Shown here: positions 8,969-18,155 of the stretch, piece by piece | How the letters are laid out: each line of letters opens with the position of its first letter | Position numbering within the stretch: the first letter of the stretch is position 1 | Origin: a virus | Reading direction: 5' to 3' (one strand) | Virus genome (UHGV): UHGV-1421865 | Length of the DNA stretch: 64,000 nt | Position numbers and translations under genes: made by a program | Notes under the pieces: generated by a model | The model's input: the letters and a program-made list of their open reading frames with translations, nothing else | Told to the model about the DNA's origin: nothing | The model's database searches: none

Positions 8969-11365
8969 ATGAAACAAGAAAATATAGAACGACCTTGGTG
9001 GTTGAACGAAGAGTCGGAAACAATCCTTAAACGGGGTTACTTTTTAGAAGGTGAAGAATTAGAAGACGCGTTGGAACGTATCTGTTCGTCGACAGCTCGT
9101 TATCTCGGCGATGTAAAAGATCCCTTTATAAAAGACAAATTCAAATATATCATTCGTAAAGGTTGGATGTCGTTGTCGTCTCCTGTATGGGCCAATGCCG
9201 GGACAGACAGAGGACTACCTATATCGTGTATGGGTCTGCATGTCGACGATAATATGAAAAGTATTATAGCGAAACACGGAGAAACTGCGATGCACACTAA
9301 ACAAGGTGCCGGTACATCGGGCTATTTCGGTGACTTACGAGGTCGCGGTGCAGCTATCACAAACAACGGCGAATCGTCCGGTGCTGTATCTTTTATGCGC
9401 ATGTGGGACACTATGATGCAGGTTGTGAGTCAGGGATCTTGTTATGTAGAAGGTACAGAGGTACTTACCGACAAAGGCTTCAAAGATTTCAGAGACGTTG
9501 ACCCTACTAAGGACAAGATTGGTCAAATAACAAAAGATAATGAACTAATATATACTACTGTCGGTGGTTATGAATTAACAAAAAAAGAATATAACGGCGA
9601 TGTAATTACATTCAAAGACGTAAACGATTCTTTTGAAATTACAGTGACACCGAATCATAGAATGATGTTTACCGATGACGGCAGCGGATTCAAAGAATGT
9701 AAGGCGGAAGATTTAGACATCGGTGATAATTGGGATTTTCACCTTGTTCCGACAAGACATTTAGGTCTAAAAGACGCTTACTTGAACATTGCACGAGAAT
9801 TAGAATCGTTAGGTGACGGTTATAATGCTTTTATATATGACATTTTACAACTTCCGGACGATGAAAACCTACTGGTAGCGTCTGTAACACGTATACCGAA
9901 TGAACTTGTAGAAAAAATCAATGTTGCTTTTATTAAACAAGGATTTTCTACTGAGTTATATAAACAAGACTCTTATTATAATTTAGTTTACAATGTAAAG
10001 CGCAATACGGTATCGAGTAAGTATATACAAAAGCATTCAAATCCATATAATGGTATGGTATATTGTTGTATTGTTCCAGAAGGTCGTATATTAGTACGTT
10101 ATAAAGGAAAAACATTAGTGTGCGGTAATACACGTCGCGGAAGTTTCGCAGCGTACCTACCTATCGACCACCCCGACATCGACGAGTTTATTCGTATTAG
10201 AAGTATCGGGCATGATATTCAGACCCTGTTCCATGCCGTTTGCGTTCCCGACTACTGGATGCAGGAAATGATCGACGGCGATAGAGATAAACGAAGTATA
10301 TGGGCGAAGGTATTAAAATCGAGACAACAAACGGGTCTTCCTTATATATTCTTTTCCGATAATGTGAACAATAATAAACCGGATATATATAAAGCGACAA
10401 ATTCAGCAATTCGTCATAGCAACCTATGCGCAGAAATCGCCTTACCCGATAACGAAAACGAAACGTTTATTTGTTGTCTTTGTTCTATCAACCTCGCACT
10501 GTACGACGAGTGGATAAAAGAATGTCCCGAGCTACCGGAATTGGCAACTTATTTCTTAGACGGTATCATATCGGAATATATAGACAAAACAAAAGACGAT
10601 CCTTATATGGCGGCGGCACGTAATTTCGCTATTCGTCATCGCGCTATCGGTATCGGTGTAATGGGTTGGCATTCGTATCTACAAAGTAATATGATAGCGT
10701 TCGAGTCGTTACAGGCGAATTTGTTGACAAATAAGATATTCCGTCGTATTTCCGAAGGTACCAAGAAAGCGTCGAAGGAATTAGCCGAACTACTCGGTCC
10801 CGCTCCGATTTTCGACGAGAAAATGCCCGACGGTTCTTTATATAACGGTATTAAATACAGAAACACCACTACCATGGCTATTGCACCAACGACGTCGAGC
10901 AGTGCTATTTTAGGACAGGTATCGCCCGGCATTGAACCGTATATGAGTAATTACTATAAAGTAGGTCTCGCCAAGGGTAACTTTATGCGTCGGAATAAAT
11001 ATCTCCAACGTCTATTAAAAGAAAAAGACCGCGATACAGACGAAGTATGGCGATCTATCATGGAACACCAAGGTTCGGTACAACATCTCGACTTTCTTTC
11101 AGACGACGAAAAAGCGGTATTTAAGACATTTAGAGAAATAAGCCAGCACGATTTAGTCACACAAGCCGGTATACGGCAGAAATATGTCGACCAGGCACAG
11201 TCGTTGAACTTGTGCATTCCACCATCGCTACCGGTAAAAGAAGTAAACGCACTGATAATCTACGCCTGGCAATCTGGTATTAAATCGTTATATTATCAAC
11301 GCAGCGTTTCTGTATCGAAAGAGAACTCGTCACAGGTAACGGTATGCTCGTCTTGTGAGTCTTAA
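8969..11365 (+). CDS. ribonucleotide reductase large (catalytic) subunit, interrupted by an in-frame intein
   Basis: Catalytic 'RHSNLCAEI' motif. Conserved 'VSQGS…RRGSFAAYLPIDHPDIDEF' block is split by a 230-aa insert. C-terminal Cys pair 'CSSCES'. Extein ~568 aa. Class I versus class II cannot be decided from the window, and no NrdB was seen. Confidence 0.8.
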   Translation: MKQENIERPWWLNEESETILKRGYFLEGEELEDALERICSSTARYLGDVKDPFIKDKFKYIIRKGWMSLSSPVWANAGTDRGLPISCMGLHVDDNMKSIIAKHGETAMHTKQGAGTSGYFGDLRGRGAAITNNGESSGAVSFMRMWDTMMQVVSQGSCYVEGTEVLTDKGFKDFRDVDPTKDKIGQITKDNELIYTTVGGYELTKKEYNGDVITFKDVNDSFEITVTPNHRMMFTDDGSGFKECKAEDLDIGDNWDFHLVPTRHLGLKDAYLNIARELESLGDGYNAFIYDILQLPDDENLLVASVTRIPNELVEKINVAFIKQGFSTELYKQDSYYNLVYNVKRNTVSSKYIQKHSNPYNGMVYCCIVPEGRILVRYKGKTLVCGNTRRGSFAAYLPIDHPDIDEFIRIRSIGHDIQTLFHAVCVPDYWMQEMIDGDRDKRSIWAKVLKSRQQTGLPYIFFSDNVNNNKPDIYKATNSAIRHSNLCAEIALPDNENETFICCLCSINLALYDEWIKECPELPELATYFLDGIISEYIDKTKDDPYMAAARNFAIRHRAIGIGVMGWHSYLQSNMIAFESLQANLLTNKIFRRISEGTKKASKELAELLGPAPIFDEKMPDGSLYNGIKYRNTTTMAIAPTTSSSAILGQVSPGIEPYMSNYYKVGLAKGNFMRRNKYLQRLLKEKDRDTDEVWRSIMEHQGSVQHLDFLSDDEKAVFKTFREISQHDLVTQAGIRQKYVDQAQSLNLCIPPSLPVKEVNALIIYAWQSGIKSLYYQRSVSVSKENSSQVTVCSSCES
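9440..10129 (+). mobile_element. intein (230 aa) inserted at the QGG|RRGA hotspot of the RNR
   Basis: Starts with Cys in 'CYVEGTEVLT' (block A). Block B 'ITVTPNHRMMFTDDG' (TxxH). Ends '…LVCGN' with +1 Thr. Insert is AT-richer than flanks. Single LAGLIDADG-like 'LESLGDGYNAF' motif. Penultimate residue is Gly rather than His. Confidence 0.6.
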
Positions 11366-11397
11366 TACGTCGACTAAAATAATAACATCTAAAAATT

Positions 11398-11480
11398 TGC
11401 CCTGTATCGCGCTGTTTTTTGTTAAGGCTTGGAGTACCAAGGTCACTACATTTGGACGCGATACAGGACAAATATGGTAT
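11398..11480 (-). repeat. nested-palindromic repeat, copy C (hairpin module)
   Basis: cctgtatcgcg…cgcgatacagg outer stem of 11 bp. Inner hairpin aaggcttgg-agtac-caaggtc. Confidence 0.65.
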
Positions 11481-11587
11481 GGAACACACAGCGTTCCACT
11501 ACGCTGTTACCAAAGAATCGATTCTAAGTTTATACATGTCAGTATACAAAACATAAACCTGCGAATCGCTAACAAAATAGCCCATTA

Positions 11588-11705
11588 AAGTAACACCGTG
11601 TGGGGCACGTTGTGTGTGCCGTAACACTGTGCGGGACACGTTGTGTGTACCATCTTGATGCTTTGCATCAAATTGTTCACAAAGTGAACATAACTGATTT
11701 AGTCT
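11588..11705 (+). repeat. 'triple-hairpin' module with a tandemly duplicated first hairpin
   Basis: Consecutive triloop hairpins cgtg-tggg-gcacg (x2, ~30-nt tandem duplication), gatgc-ttt-gcatc and gttcac-aaa-gtgaac. Near-identical to 26578..26652. Confidence 0.65.
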
Positions 11706-11761
11706 GTAAAGCGTACTATAATAAGATGTGTAAATGTTGAACTTTTTTATATATAAAAACT

Positions 11762-12673
11762 ATGACAGAAAATTTCGAAGACCTTATCAATGAAATCTAT
11801 CGTGACATCGCAGTGTTGTCGTTCCCGTTTCATATTAAATCGAAGTTTTATAGGACAAACAGAAACATTAACATCGAAGTAAAAACTATCAGTGATGTAA
11901 AAACAGCGTTGTTGCAATTTATTAAAGAAGCAGCTCCGTCTATCGATGATGTATCTGTTAATTTTGAACTTTATAACGATACTTTCAAGAAGACGTACAA
12001 TGTGTACAATCCATATCTCTCAGATACCGACGAGCTTTTCGAGATCACTTTTGCTGAAACTAAGAAAACTGATAAGGAAGAAATTAGCTTGTACGAAGGC
12101 GGCGTTTCTGGGTGGGAAGATATTCTAAAAGAGTTGGAAGATGTTTATAACATCAAGATTACTAAAACATCAGCTTGGGACGATTGTGATTTCTCCGAAA
12201 ATCTTTTTCATCTCGAGTACGATTTCATCACTATACGAGGTGGAGAGTTTACAGATTATGCAACCGTCACAAAATCCGACTTAGTGATTATCGCTACGGT
12301 GTTGTCTTTTCATCGTATCAATCAAATTTTGGTGTTGTCAGAACTGTCTGTCGACGCACAGTCGTTATTGAAGAATCTTTATTATAAAGATAATATCTAT
12401 GTAGTAAGTCCAGATAATCCGATGGCGGCACATATCGCAGGTAAAGCTGATGTTATCATTAGCGACTGCATGGACTATAACCACATCAACATTTGGGATC
12501 TTCATAAGGGCGTTACTATTGTGAATCTCAATCATAACGCTAAGTTCATTAACCCTCTCAAAGAACGTCACTACGATAATGTAGATAAAATCTATTATAT
12601 CGGTGAACGTGAAATGGATGTCGTCGCTTGCAAAACGATGATTAAGTTGTGGAACGAAACAAAAAGTGAATGA
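11762..12673 (+). CDS. hypothetical protein (overlaps folD start by 8 nt)
   Basis: 303-aa ORF, translationally coupled to FolD. No motif recognised. Confidence 0.5.
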   Translation: MTENFEDLINEIYRDIAVLSFPFHIKSKFYRTNRNINIEVKTISDVKTALLQFIKEAAPSIDDVSVNFELYNDTFKKTYNVYNPYLSDTDELFEITFAETKKTDKEEISLYEGGVSGWEDILKELEDVYNIKITKTSAWDDCDFSENLFHLEYDFITIRGGEFTDYATVTKSDLVIIATVLSFHRINQILVLSELSVDAQSLLKNLYYKDNIYVVSPDNPMAAHIAGKADVIISDCMDYNHINIWDLHKGVTIVNLNHNAKFINPLKERHYDNVDKIYYIGEREMDVVACKTMIKLWNETKSE

Positions 12674-13556
12674 TATGGTAAATTTAGACGGTAAATTGTT
12701 AAGTAACAAAATCATCAGCAACATTCGAATTGAATTAGCCGAGTCAGAGTGTGAAAGACAACCTAAACTGGTTATTTTAACAGTCGGTTCAGATCCGGCG
12801 TCGGAAGTATATGTTCGCAATAAGGTAAGGGCTTGTGAGCGCGCCGGTATGCTGGCGGAACATGTTAAGATTGTTGAAGATGTCGATTGGTTAAAGAACT
12901 TGACCGACTACATCAAACAGTACAATATAGACGACAGTACAGACGGTATTATTGTACAACTACCCTTGCCCGACCCAACGCTTACTAATTATGTTGTTGA
13001 CTTGATTGATCCTATTAAAGATGTCGACGGTTTCGGTGTGTACAATATGGGCATGCTGACACAGAATTCTGCACAGTTCCACCACGTACCGGCAACGGTA
13101 GCGGGTATAGTTTCTCTTATAAACGAATACAATATCGAAACAGAAGGTAAAAACGTGGTTGTGTTGGGTCGTTCCAATATCGTCGGTCGTCCCCTAAGCA
13201 TATTACTATCACAAGTACCGTACAATGCGAATGTTACTGTACTGCATTCTAAGTCGGACTTCACTAGCGGGCTTACGAAGGAACTGGTACAAACCGCAGA
13301 CATTCTGGTGTCGGCTACCGGTGATGAAGACGTAATAAATATGCCGTTATATAATAAAGTGTTGATCGACGTCGGTATTCATCGGTCGGAAAGCGGTAAA
13401 CTGTACGGTGACGTACGAGACAAATTTACGACATGTGTAGAGTCGAAAACTCCGGTACCAGGTGGCGTAGGTCCCATGACAGTAGCGTCGCTGATCGAGA
13501 ACACTTACAATGCGTTTGTACACCGTGAACGTAAAGTTGACATAACAAATTGGTAA
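12666..13556 (+). CDS. folD: bifunctional 5,10-methylene-tetrahydrofolate dehydrogenase / cyclohydrolase
   Basis: 'SEVYVRNKVRACERAGM' and 'PVPGGVGPMTVASL' match FolD signature regions. 296 aa. Confidence 0.9.
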   Translation: MNDMVNLDGKLLSNKIISNIRIELAESECERQPKLVILTVGSDPASEVYVRNKVRACERAGMLAEHVKIVEDVDWLKNLTDYIKQYNIDDSTDGIIVQLPLPDPTLTNYVVDLIDPIKDVDGFGVYNMGMLTQNSAQFHHVPATVAGIVSLINEYNIETEGKNVVVLGRSNIVGRPLSILLSQVPYNANVTVLHSKSDFTSGLTKELVQTADILVSATGDEDVINMPLYNKVLIDVGIHRSESGKLYGDVRDKFTTCVESKTPVPGGVGPMTVASLIENTYNAFVHRERKVDITNW

Positions 13557-13656
13557 TCAATGAGTAAAATATCAGTCTAAGTGACACCGAAACGCTGATT
13601 TGGTTACATTTTCTGGCTATTCTTATACATGACAAACAAATTAAATATATAAGAAT

Positions 13657-13803
13657 ATGCACACGAAAACGAAAGTAAATCCGATGTCGGAACCTACGCT
13701 CAGTCCCACACAGCTACGTTATAAGATAGAACGATACAAATCGATGGGATTAGGTGTTCAAGCACAACAGTTAAACAGTCTCCTACGGGCCTTAGAGTCG
13801 TAA
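13657..13803 (+). CDS. small ORF (48 aa), possible leader or regulatory peptide upstream of sigma gene
   Basis: ATG..TAA ORF absent from the >=60-aa track, followed directly by a terminator-like hairpin. Speculative. Confidence 0.2.
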   Translation: MHTKTKVNPMSEPTLSPTQLRYKIERYKSMGLGVQAQQLNSLLRALES

Positions 13804-13820
13804 GAGACTGTTTTGTTTTT
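13773..13820 (+). terminator. putative rho-independent terminator
   Basis: aaacagtctc…gagactgttt 9-10 bp stem followed by tgttttt. Confidence 0.5.
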
Positions 13821-13893
13821 ACAAACATATAAAATAGTGTGATTTATTACATTATGATTACTATATACAAAATATATACAATAAATATAAAAT

Positions 13894-15066
13894 ATGCCGT
13901 TAAAAAGAATAAGTAAAAGAACAAAAGAACAGATTGAAGATCTACGACTTATATACGATAACGACCAAATCGATATTCTAAATGATATAATTATCAACGA
14001 TATTCGTTATATTGCTGAATGTAAAGAGAACGACATTCTGGACTTTTATATTAAATACTACAGGCAGAATGTCGCTGACGATCCAGACTACAAGTTAACC
14101 GACGAGACGATTCCGGAACTACAGCTCGATGTGCGTTCTAAACTGGCGTCTAAATACATCTCTACCGATCCGTTCGAGAATTCTATCGATGCGTATTTCA
14201 ATAGTGTTAGTAAAGAATACATTCTGTGTCCTATAAACACCTCTAACGAACTAGAAGCGTTACCGGAGAATCGTGATATTTTTGTAAAGAACAATCTAAA
14301 AACGGTTATCAACTGTGCGAAACGATATAGGGGCTTGGGTGTACCGTTCGAAGACTTGATTCAAGCCGGTAATTTAGGGCTACTGGAAGCGTACAAAAAG
14401 TTCGACGGCTCGAAAGCACAGCTTAGAAATGCTATCATCGACGACATTAAAAATTCTACACTCGACAAATTTACGTACGACGAAGCCGCAGAACTTGTAA
14501 AGTCCAACCATACTTACGGTACACAAGAAGATAAGGTGGTAAAGAAGATTCCGAAAAGAGGTTTCGACAGTAAAGAAGACTTTATAGACTGGACAGAAAA
14601 AAACATCAAGAAAGCGTTGTTTTCGTCATTAGGATTTATCTGGTGTCGAACATGGGTGACCAACGAGATCACAAATTATGTTAATATAGTAAAAGTCCCT
14701 AATTCAAAGAAGCCCGATACTCGTTTTTATAACTTAGACGATACTAATCCGTATACCGACGATAATTTTAACGACAACATCTTTTATGATCCGGGACTGG
14801 TCGACGAAATGAGCGACATGGAATTGGAAGAACATAACGATCATGTTAAAAAGACCATTAAGACACTGTTAGACGTTCTAAATCCTAGGGAGCGTCGTGT
14901 GGTATCGATGATGTACGGTATCGACTATCCGGGTGAGATGAGTAAAGAAGATATTGCCGAAGTAGAAGGTATTACTGTTCGAGATGTTAAGTTGATATGG
15001 CAATATGCACAAAAGAAATGGCAGCGAACAATTCAACGTCAAGGTCTTAAACTGTACAGTGAATGA
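13894..15066 (+). CDS. sigma-70 family RNA polymerase sigma factor (phage-encoded)
   Basis: Region 2 'VINCAKRYRGLGVPFEDLIQAGNLGLLEAYKKFD'. C-terminal region 4 HTH 'RERRVVSMMYGIDYPGEMSKEDIAEVEGITVRDVKLIWQYAQKK'. Confidence 0.8.
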   Translation: MPLKRISKRTKEQIEDLRLIYDNDQIDILNDIIINDIRYIAECKENDILDFYIKYYRQNVADDPDYKLTDETIPELQLDVRSKLASKYISTDPFENSIDAYFNSVSKEYILCPINTSNELEALPENRDIFVKNNLKTVINCAKRYRGLGVPFEDLIQAGNLGLLEAYKKFDGSKAQLRNAIIDDIKNSTLDKFTYDEAAELVKSNHTYGTQEDKVVKKIPKRGFDSKEDFIDWTEKNIKKALFSSLGFIWCRTWVTNEITNYVNIVKVPNSKKPDTRFYNLDDTNPYTDDNFNDNIFYDPGLVDEMSDMELEEHNDHVKKTIKTLLDVLNPRERRVVSMMYGIDYPGEMSKEDIAEVEGITVRDVKLIWQYAQKKWQRTIQRQGLKLYSE

Positions 15067-15165
15067 TCTTGTATAGTCTTGTGAAGTCTTGTGAATTATA
15101 GAGTAGTGTCTTGTATAGTCTTGTTTGTAGATCGTACTGATCTTGTACTGTCTACGTTGATTTTG
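15064..15165. repeat. cluster of 'TCTTGT(A/G)' heptamer repeats (about 7 copies) just downstream of the sigma gene
   Basis: gatcttgtatagtcttgtgaagtcttgtgaa…gtgtcttgtatagtcttgtttgtag…gatcttgtactgtc. Confidence 0.5.
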
Positions 15166-15229
15166 TTCGTAAACTGTGCTATAATATAAACATAGAAACA
15201 AATCAATAACACCTAAAGCAATACAGACA

Positions 15230-15832
15230 ATGAAATTTAAGTATCAACCTCAAACGAAGGAAGAACTCATCCAAATCATCAAAGACGAAACGCAACGTCA
15301 ACTCGATGAGGCGTACGAAAGATACAATGACTTTGAAGAGAACGATGAGGACGACGAGTCGTTTGATGACGAGTATGAGTTGTATGAACAAGAAGGTCTT
15401 GTAACTATCGATCTTAACTTTATCGATGTGTCTAAGATCACAGACATGTCTTATGTGTTCCACGAAGCACTTTCGTACGAGGATCTTGACATCGAGTTTG
15501 ACGATTTCCAAGGTTTCTATCTGTTGATCGACCGCTGGGACGTTAGCAACGTTACGAACATGGAAGGTATGTTCCAAGAGGTTGAGTTTAGCGCTGATTT
15601 GTACGACTGGAACGTGTCCAATGTGAAGAATATGTCTTATATGTTCGATGAGTGTGGACTATTTGATTCTAATTTGTCTAGTTGGGACACGAGCAAAGTA
15701 GAAAAAATGAAAGGCATGTTTGGTGAAGAAAACTACTGTTTCGATGCAGACACAATCAAAGGTTGGGATGTGTCCGGTCTAAAAGATAAAACAGACTACG
15801 AAAGAATTTTAGAACGTCTTAGTGACTGCTGA
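15230..15832 (+). CDS. DUF285-type repeat protein (divergent acidic N-terminus)
   Basis: Repeats 'WDVSNVTNMEGMFQEVEFSADLYDWNVSNVKNMSYMFDECGLFDSNLSSWDTSKVEKMKGMF'. N-terminal D/E-rich segment. Confidence 0.7.
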   Translation: MKFKYQPQTKEELIQIIKDETQRQLDEAYERYNDFEENDEDDESFDDEYELYEQEGLVTIDLNFIDVSKITDMSYVFHEALSYEDLDIEFDDFQGFYLLIDRWDVSNVTNMEGMFQEVEFSADLYDWNVSNVKNMSYMFDECGLFDSNLSSWDTSKVEKMKGMFGEENYCFDADTIKGWDVSGLKDKTDYERILERLSDC

Positions 15833-15854
15833 TACAACTAACGTAAAAAACAAA

Positions 15855-16037
15855 ATGGCAATTCATATCACTAGCAAAACAATGCCGTATGTCGAACCGA
15901 CACCGGTTGTAGAAAATAAGAACACTTATTTCAGCCCGTTTATGGATCCCCATAGTAATGTCGTATACGATTTGTCCGACTGGGACATTCCTGACCCTGA
16001 TAAAGTGTGGGATTTGTCTAATTGGGATTTTGTATGA
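15855..16037 (+). pseudogene. relic or truncated DUF285-family gene
   Basis: Starts 'MAIHITSKT' (family N-cap short form) and contains degenerate 'DLSDWD…DLSNWD' remnants. Only 61 aa. Confidence 0.3.
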
Positions 16038-16064
16038 CACTTAAAGAAATAAAAGAACAAGTAT

Positions 16065-16412
16065 ATGGAACAAGGAGCACTTAATTGGTTGGAAAGGGAG
16101 ACAAAGTCGATGCTCGGTATCGTCAAGTCGTTGTATCTTGATACTATAGACGAATTTGAAGAAAGTGGTCTACTGAATGACGAAAGGAAAAAGCAACAAT
16201 CTTTCACAGAGGACAGCATCAGAGCACTGGAACGCAAGTATGACGAACTTTTACGGACAATAAACTACTATGATCAAATTGATTGTGTAGAAGGTGCCGA
16301 AAGAACTATTTTAATCCATTGGGGTTCTTTTAGTGAACTATATAATGATGCATTAAATCACCTTGATAAATTAGACGAACATGTTTTCAGAACAACTGAA
16401 GAACAAGATTGA
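16065..16412 (+). CDS. hypothetical protein
   Basis: 115-aa ORF. Confidence 0.4.
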   Translation: MEQGALNWLERETKSMLGIVKSLYLDTIDEFEESGLLNDERKKQQSFTEDSIRALERKYDELLRTINYYDQIDCVEGAERTILIHWGSFSELYNDALNHLDKLDEHVFRTTEEQD

Positions 16413-16920
16413 GAATATCAAGTCGGCTATCGAGGCCGAGAAACAAAGGATGTACGATAAGGCTCGCCACGATTTCTGTACGTTTGAAGACTACGTACGA
16501 GAAATGAAGCCTTATTTCGATACGTTGTTTGCTAATAAAGATGATCTGATTGCTATCGATAAGAAGGTGTTCAGTTTGGATTTTTGTACTATTCATATCG
16601 ATTCGTGTACGGTAGTATTTTCGTCTCGCGACACTGGTTCTTCGGAATGGTTGAAAGTCACTGTACAGTCCAATAATACTGGCGGTCTGTGTTTCGAATA
16701 CAAAGTCACCGATAGTGGTCTAAGTGGTGCACATCTAACTTTCCCGTTCCCTCGCGATGTAGACTATACCGTATCGTCGTTCGATGAGCTAGTTCAGACA
16801 TCTAAACATGACTGTTGGATTAACTTCTTTATAAACGAACTGTCGAAAATAAACAGATGCTTACGAGTAAATGTAGACAGTCCCGATAGTGTTGGTGGTT
16901 GTATTTTGAATTTTTTGTAA
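16381..16920 (+). CDS. hypothetical protein
   Basis: 179-aa ORF. Confidence 0.4.
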   Translation: MFSEQLKNKIENIKSAIEAEKQRMYDKARHDFCTFEDYVREMKPYFDTLFANKDDLIAIDKKVFSLDFCTIHIDSCTVVFSSRDTGSSEWLKVTVQSNNTGGLCFEYKVTDSGLSGAHLTFPFPRDVDYTVSSFDELVQTSKHDCWINFFINELSKINRCLRVNVDSPDSVGGCILNFL

Positions 16921-16928
16921 TATGTAAT

Positions 16929-17366
16929 ATGCCACCAACTATAAAACCATCAATCAAACCGGTGCTCAGAGCTATCATAGAGATAGAGTTGAAACAACAA
17001 GGTCCCGATGCCGACTTGAACCATATTGATACATCGGAGATTACCGACATGAAAGAACTGTTTGTTGGTCTAAAGATTCGAAACATCAAAATCGACAAAT
17101 GGGATGTCTCTAACGTTACGAACATGCAAGGGATGTTCTCCGGTTGTACAGAGTTCAATTGTGATCTGTCGAACTGGAATGTATCCAATGTGGAAAATAT
17201 GAATTGTATGTTTTTTGACGCTAGGTTATTTACTTCGCGTCTCTTCAGTTGGAATCTTTCTAAGATACCGAAGAAAAGGATGATGTTTCACGGTGCATGT
17301 ATGTTTATTAGGACACTTTACTCAATGAATGAATTTACATTAGAAGAACTTTGTGACGCATTTTAG
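16929..17366 (+). CDS. DUF285-repeat paralog family member (short)
   Basis: The ATG at 16929 gives 'MPPTIKPSIKP…ELKQQGPDADLNHIDTSEITDM…NIKIDKWDVSNVTNMQGMF'. The track ORF from 16899 starts at TTG. Confidence 0.6.
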   Translation: MPPTIKPSIKPVLRAIIEIELKQQGPDADLNHIDTSEITDMKELFVGLKIRNIKIDKWDVSNVTNMQGMFSGCTEFNCDLSNWNVSNVENMNCMFFDARLFTSRLFSWNLSKIPKKRMMFHGACMFIRTLYSMNEFTLEELCDAF

Positions 17367-17368
17367 TT

Positions 17369-18136
17369 ATGATCAGTATAAAAAACTACTTTATTTTAGG
17401 TTGTGTACTATGTACCTTGTCGTTTTGTGGTTGTTCTAAAGACGATCCAAAACAAGATACTCAAAAATACGATAACGTAATTGTAGCACAAGCAAGACGT
17501 AATGAGATCGTCGCTGCAGCCGCCGATTCGTTAGATGTTGTCTCAGAAGAGTACAACGAGTTCTTGAAAGAATTTAGGAACACGTATATCGCGAGCGCCG
17601 ACGAAACAGTAGAGGATATTGTCGGTATTAAAAAGCCATATAACATCTCCAGCGCATGCGTCGAGATAATCAAGAAATATGAAGGCTGTGAGTTATTGGC
17701 TTATAAGTACTGTAATAGAAAGACCGGCAAACGAGAAAAGTACTATACTATCGGCTACGGTCATGTGATTTTCCCTGGCGATAAAACACCGATGAGAATT
17801 ACAAAGGCACATGCCGAACGACTACTTATCGAAGACTTGAATAAAACCTATATTCCAAGCGCTCGACGACTACTGAACCAAATCGACGATAATTTCAAAG
17901 TCACACAAGGATTCTTCGACGGTTTTGTAAGTTTGGTTTACAACTGCGGAGAGAAGGGCATTCAGAAATCGGCATTTTGGAAACGTCTTAAAACAGTAAG
18001 ATTCGATAAGAACGGTAAGATTTACAAAGAAGACCGCGATAAAATGCTCCAGGCCATTAAGACAGCACGAGCATCAGAACCCGGTCACTTTATTCGTCGT
18101 CGTCACGAGTATGCGTTGATGGCATCTAATGGCTAA
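17369..18136 (+). CDS. GH24 (T4/lambda-type) lysozyme with N-terminal lipoprotein signal peptide
   Basis: 'KKYEGCELLAYKY…YYTIGYGHV' lysozyme catalytic region. N-terminus 'MISIKNYFILGCVLCTLSFCGCS' (signal plus lipobox-like Cys). Confidence 0.65.
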   Translation: MISIKNYFILGCVLCTLSFCGCSKDDPKQDTQKYDNVIVAQARRNEIVAAAADSLDVVSEEYNEFLKEFRNTYIASADETVEDIVGIKKPYNISSACVEIIKKYEGCELLAYKYCNRKTGKREKYYTIGYGHVIFPGDKTPMRITKAHAERLLIEDLNKTYIPSARRLLNQIDDNFKVTQGFFDGFVSLVYNCGEKGIQKSAFWKRLKTVRFDKNGKIYKEDRDKMLQAIKTARASEPGHFIRRRHEYALMASNG

Positions 18137-18155
18137 CATTTGAACAAATAAATAT

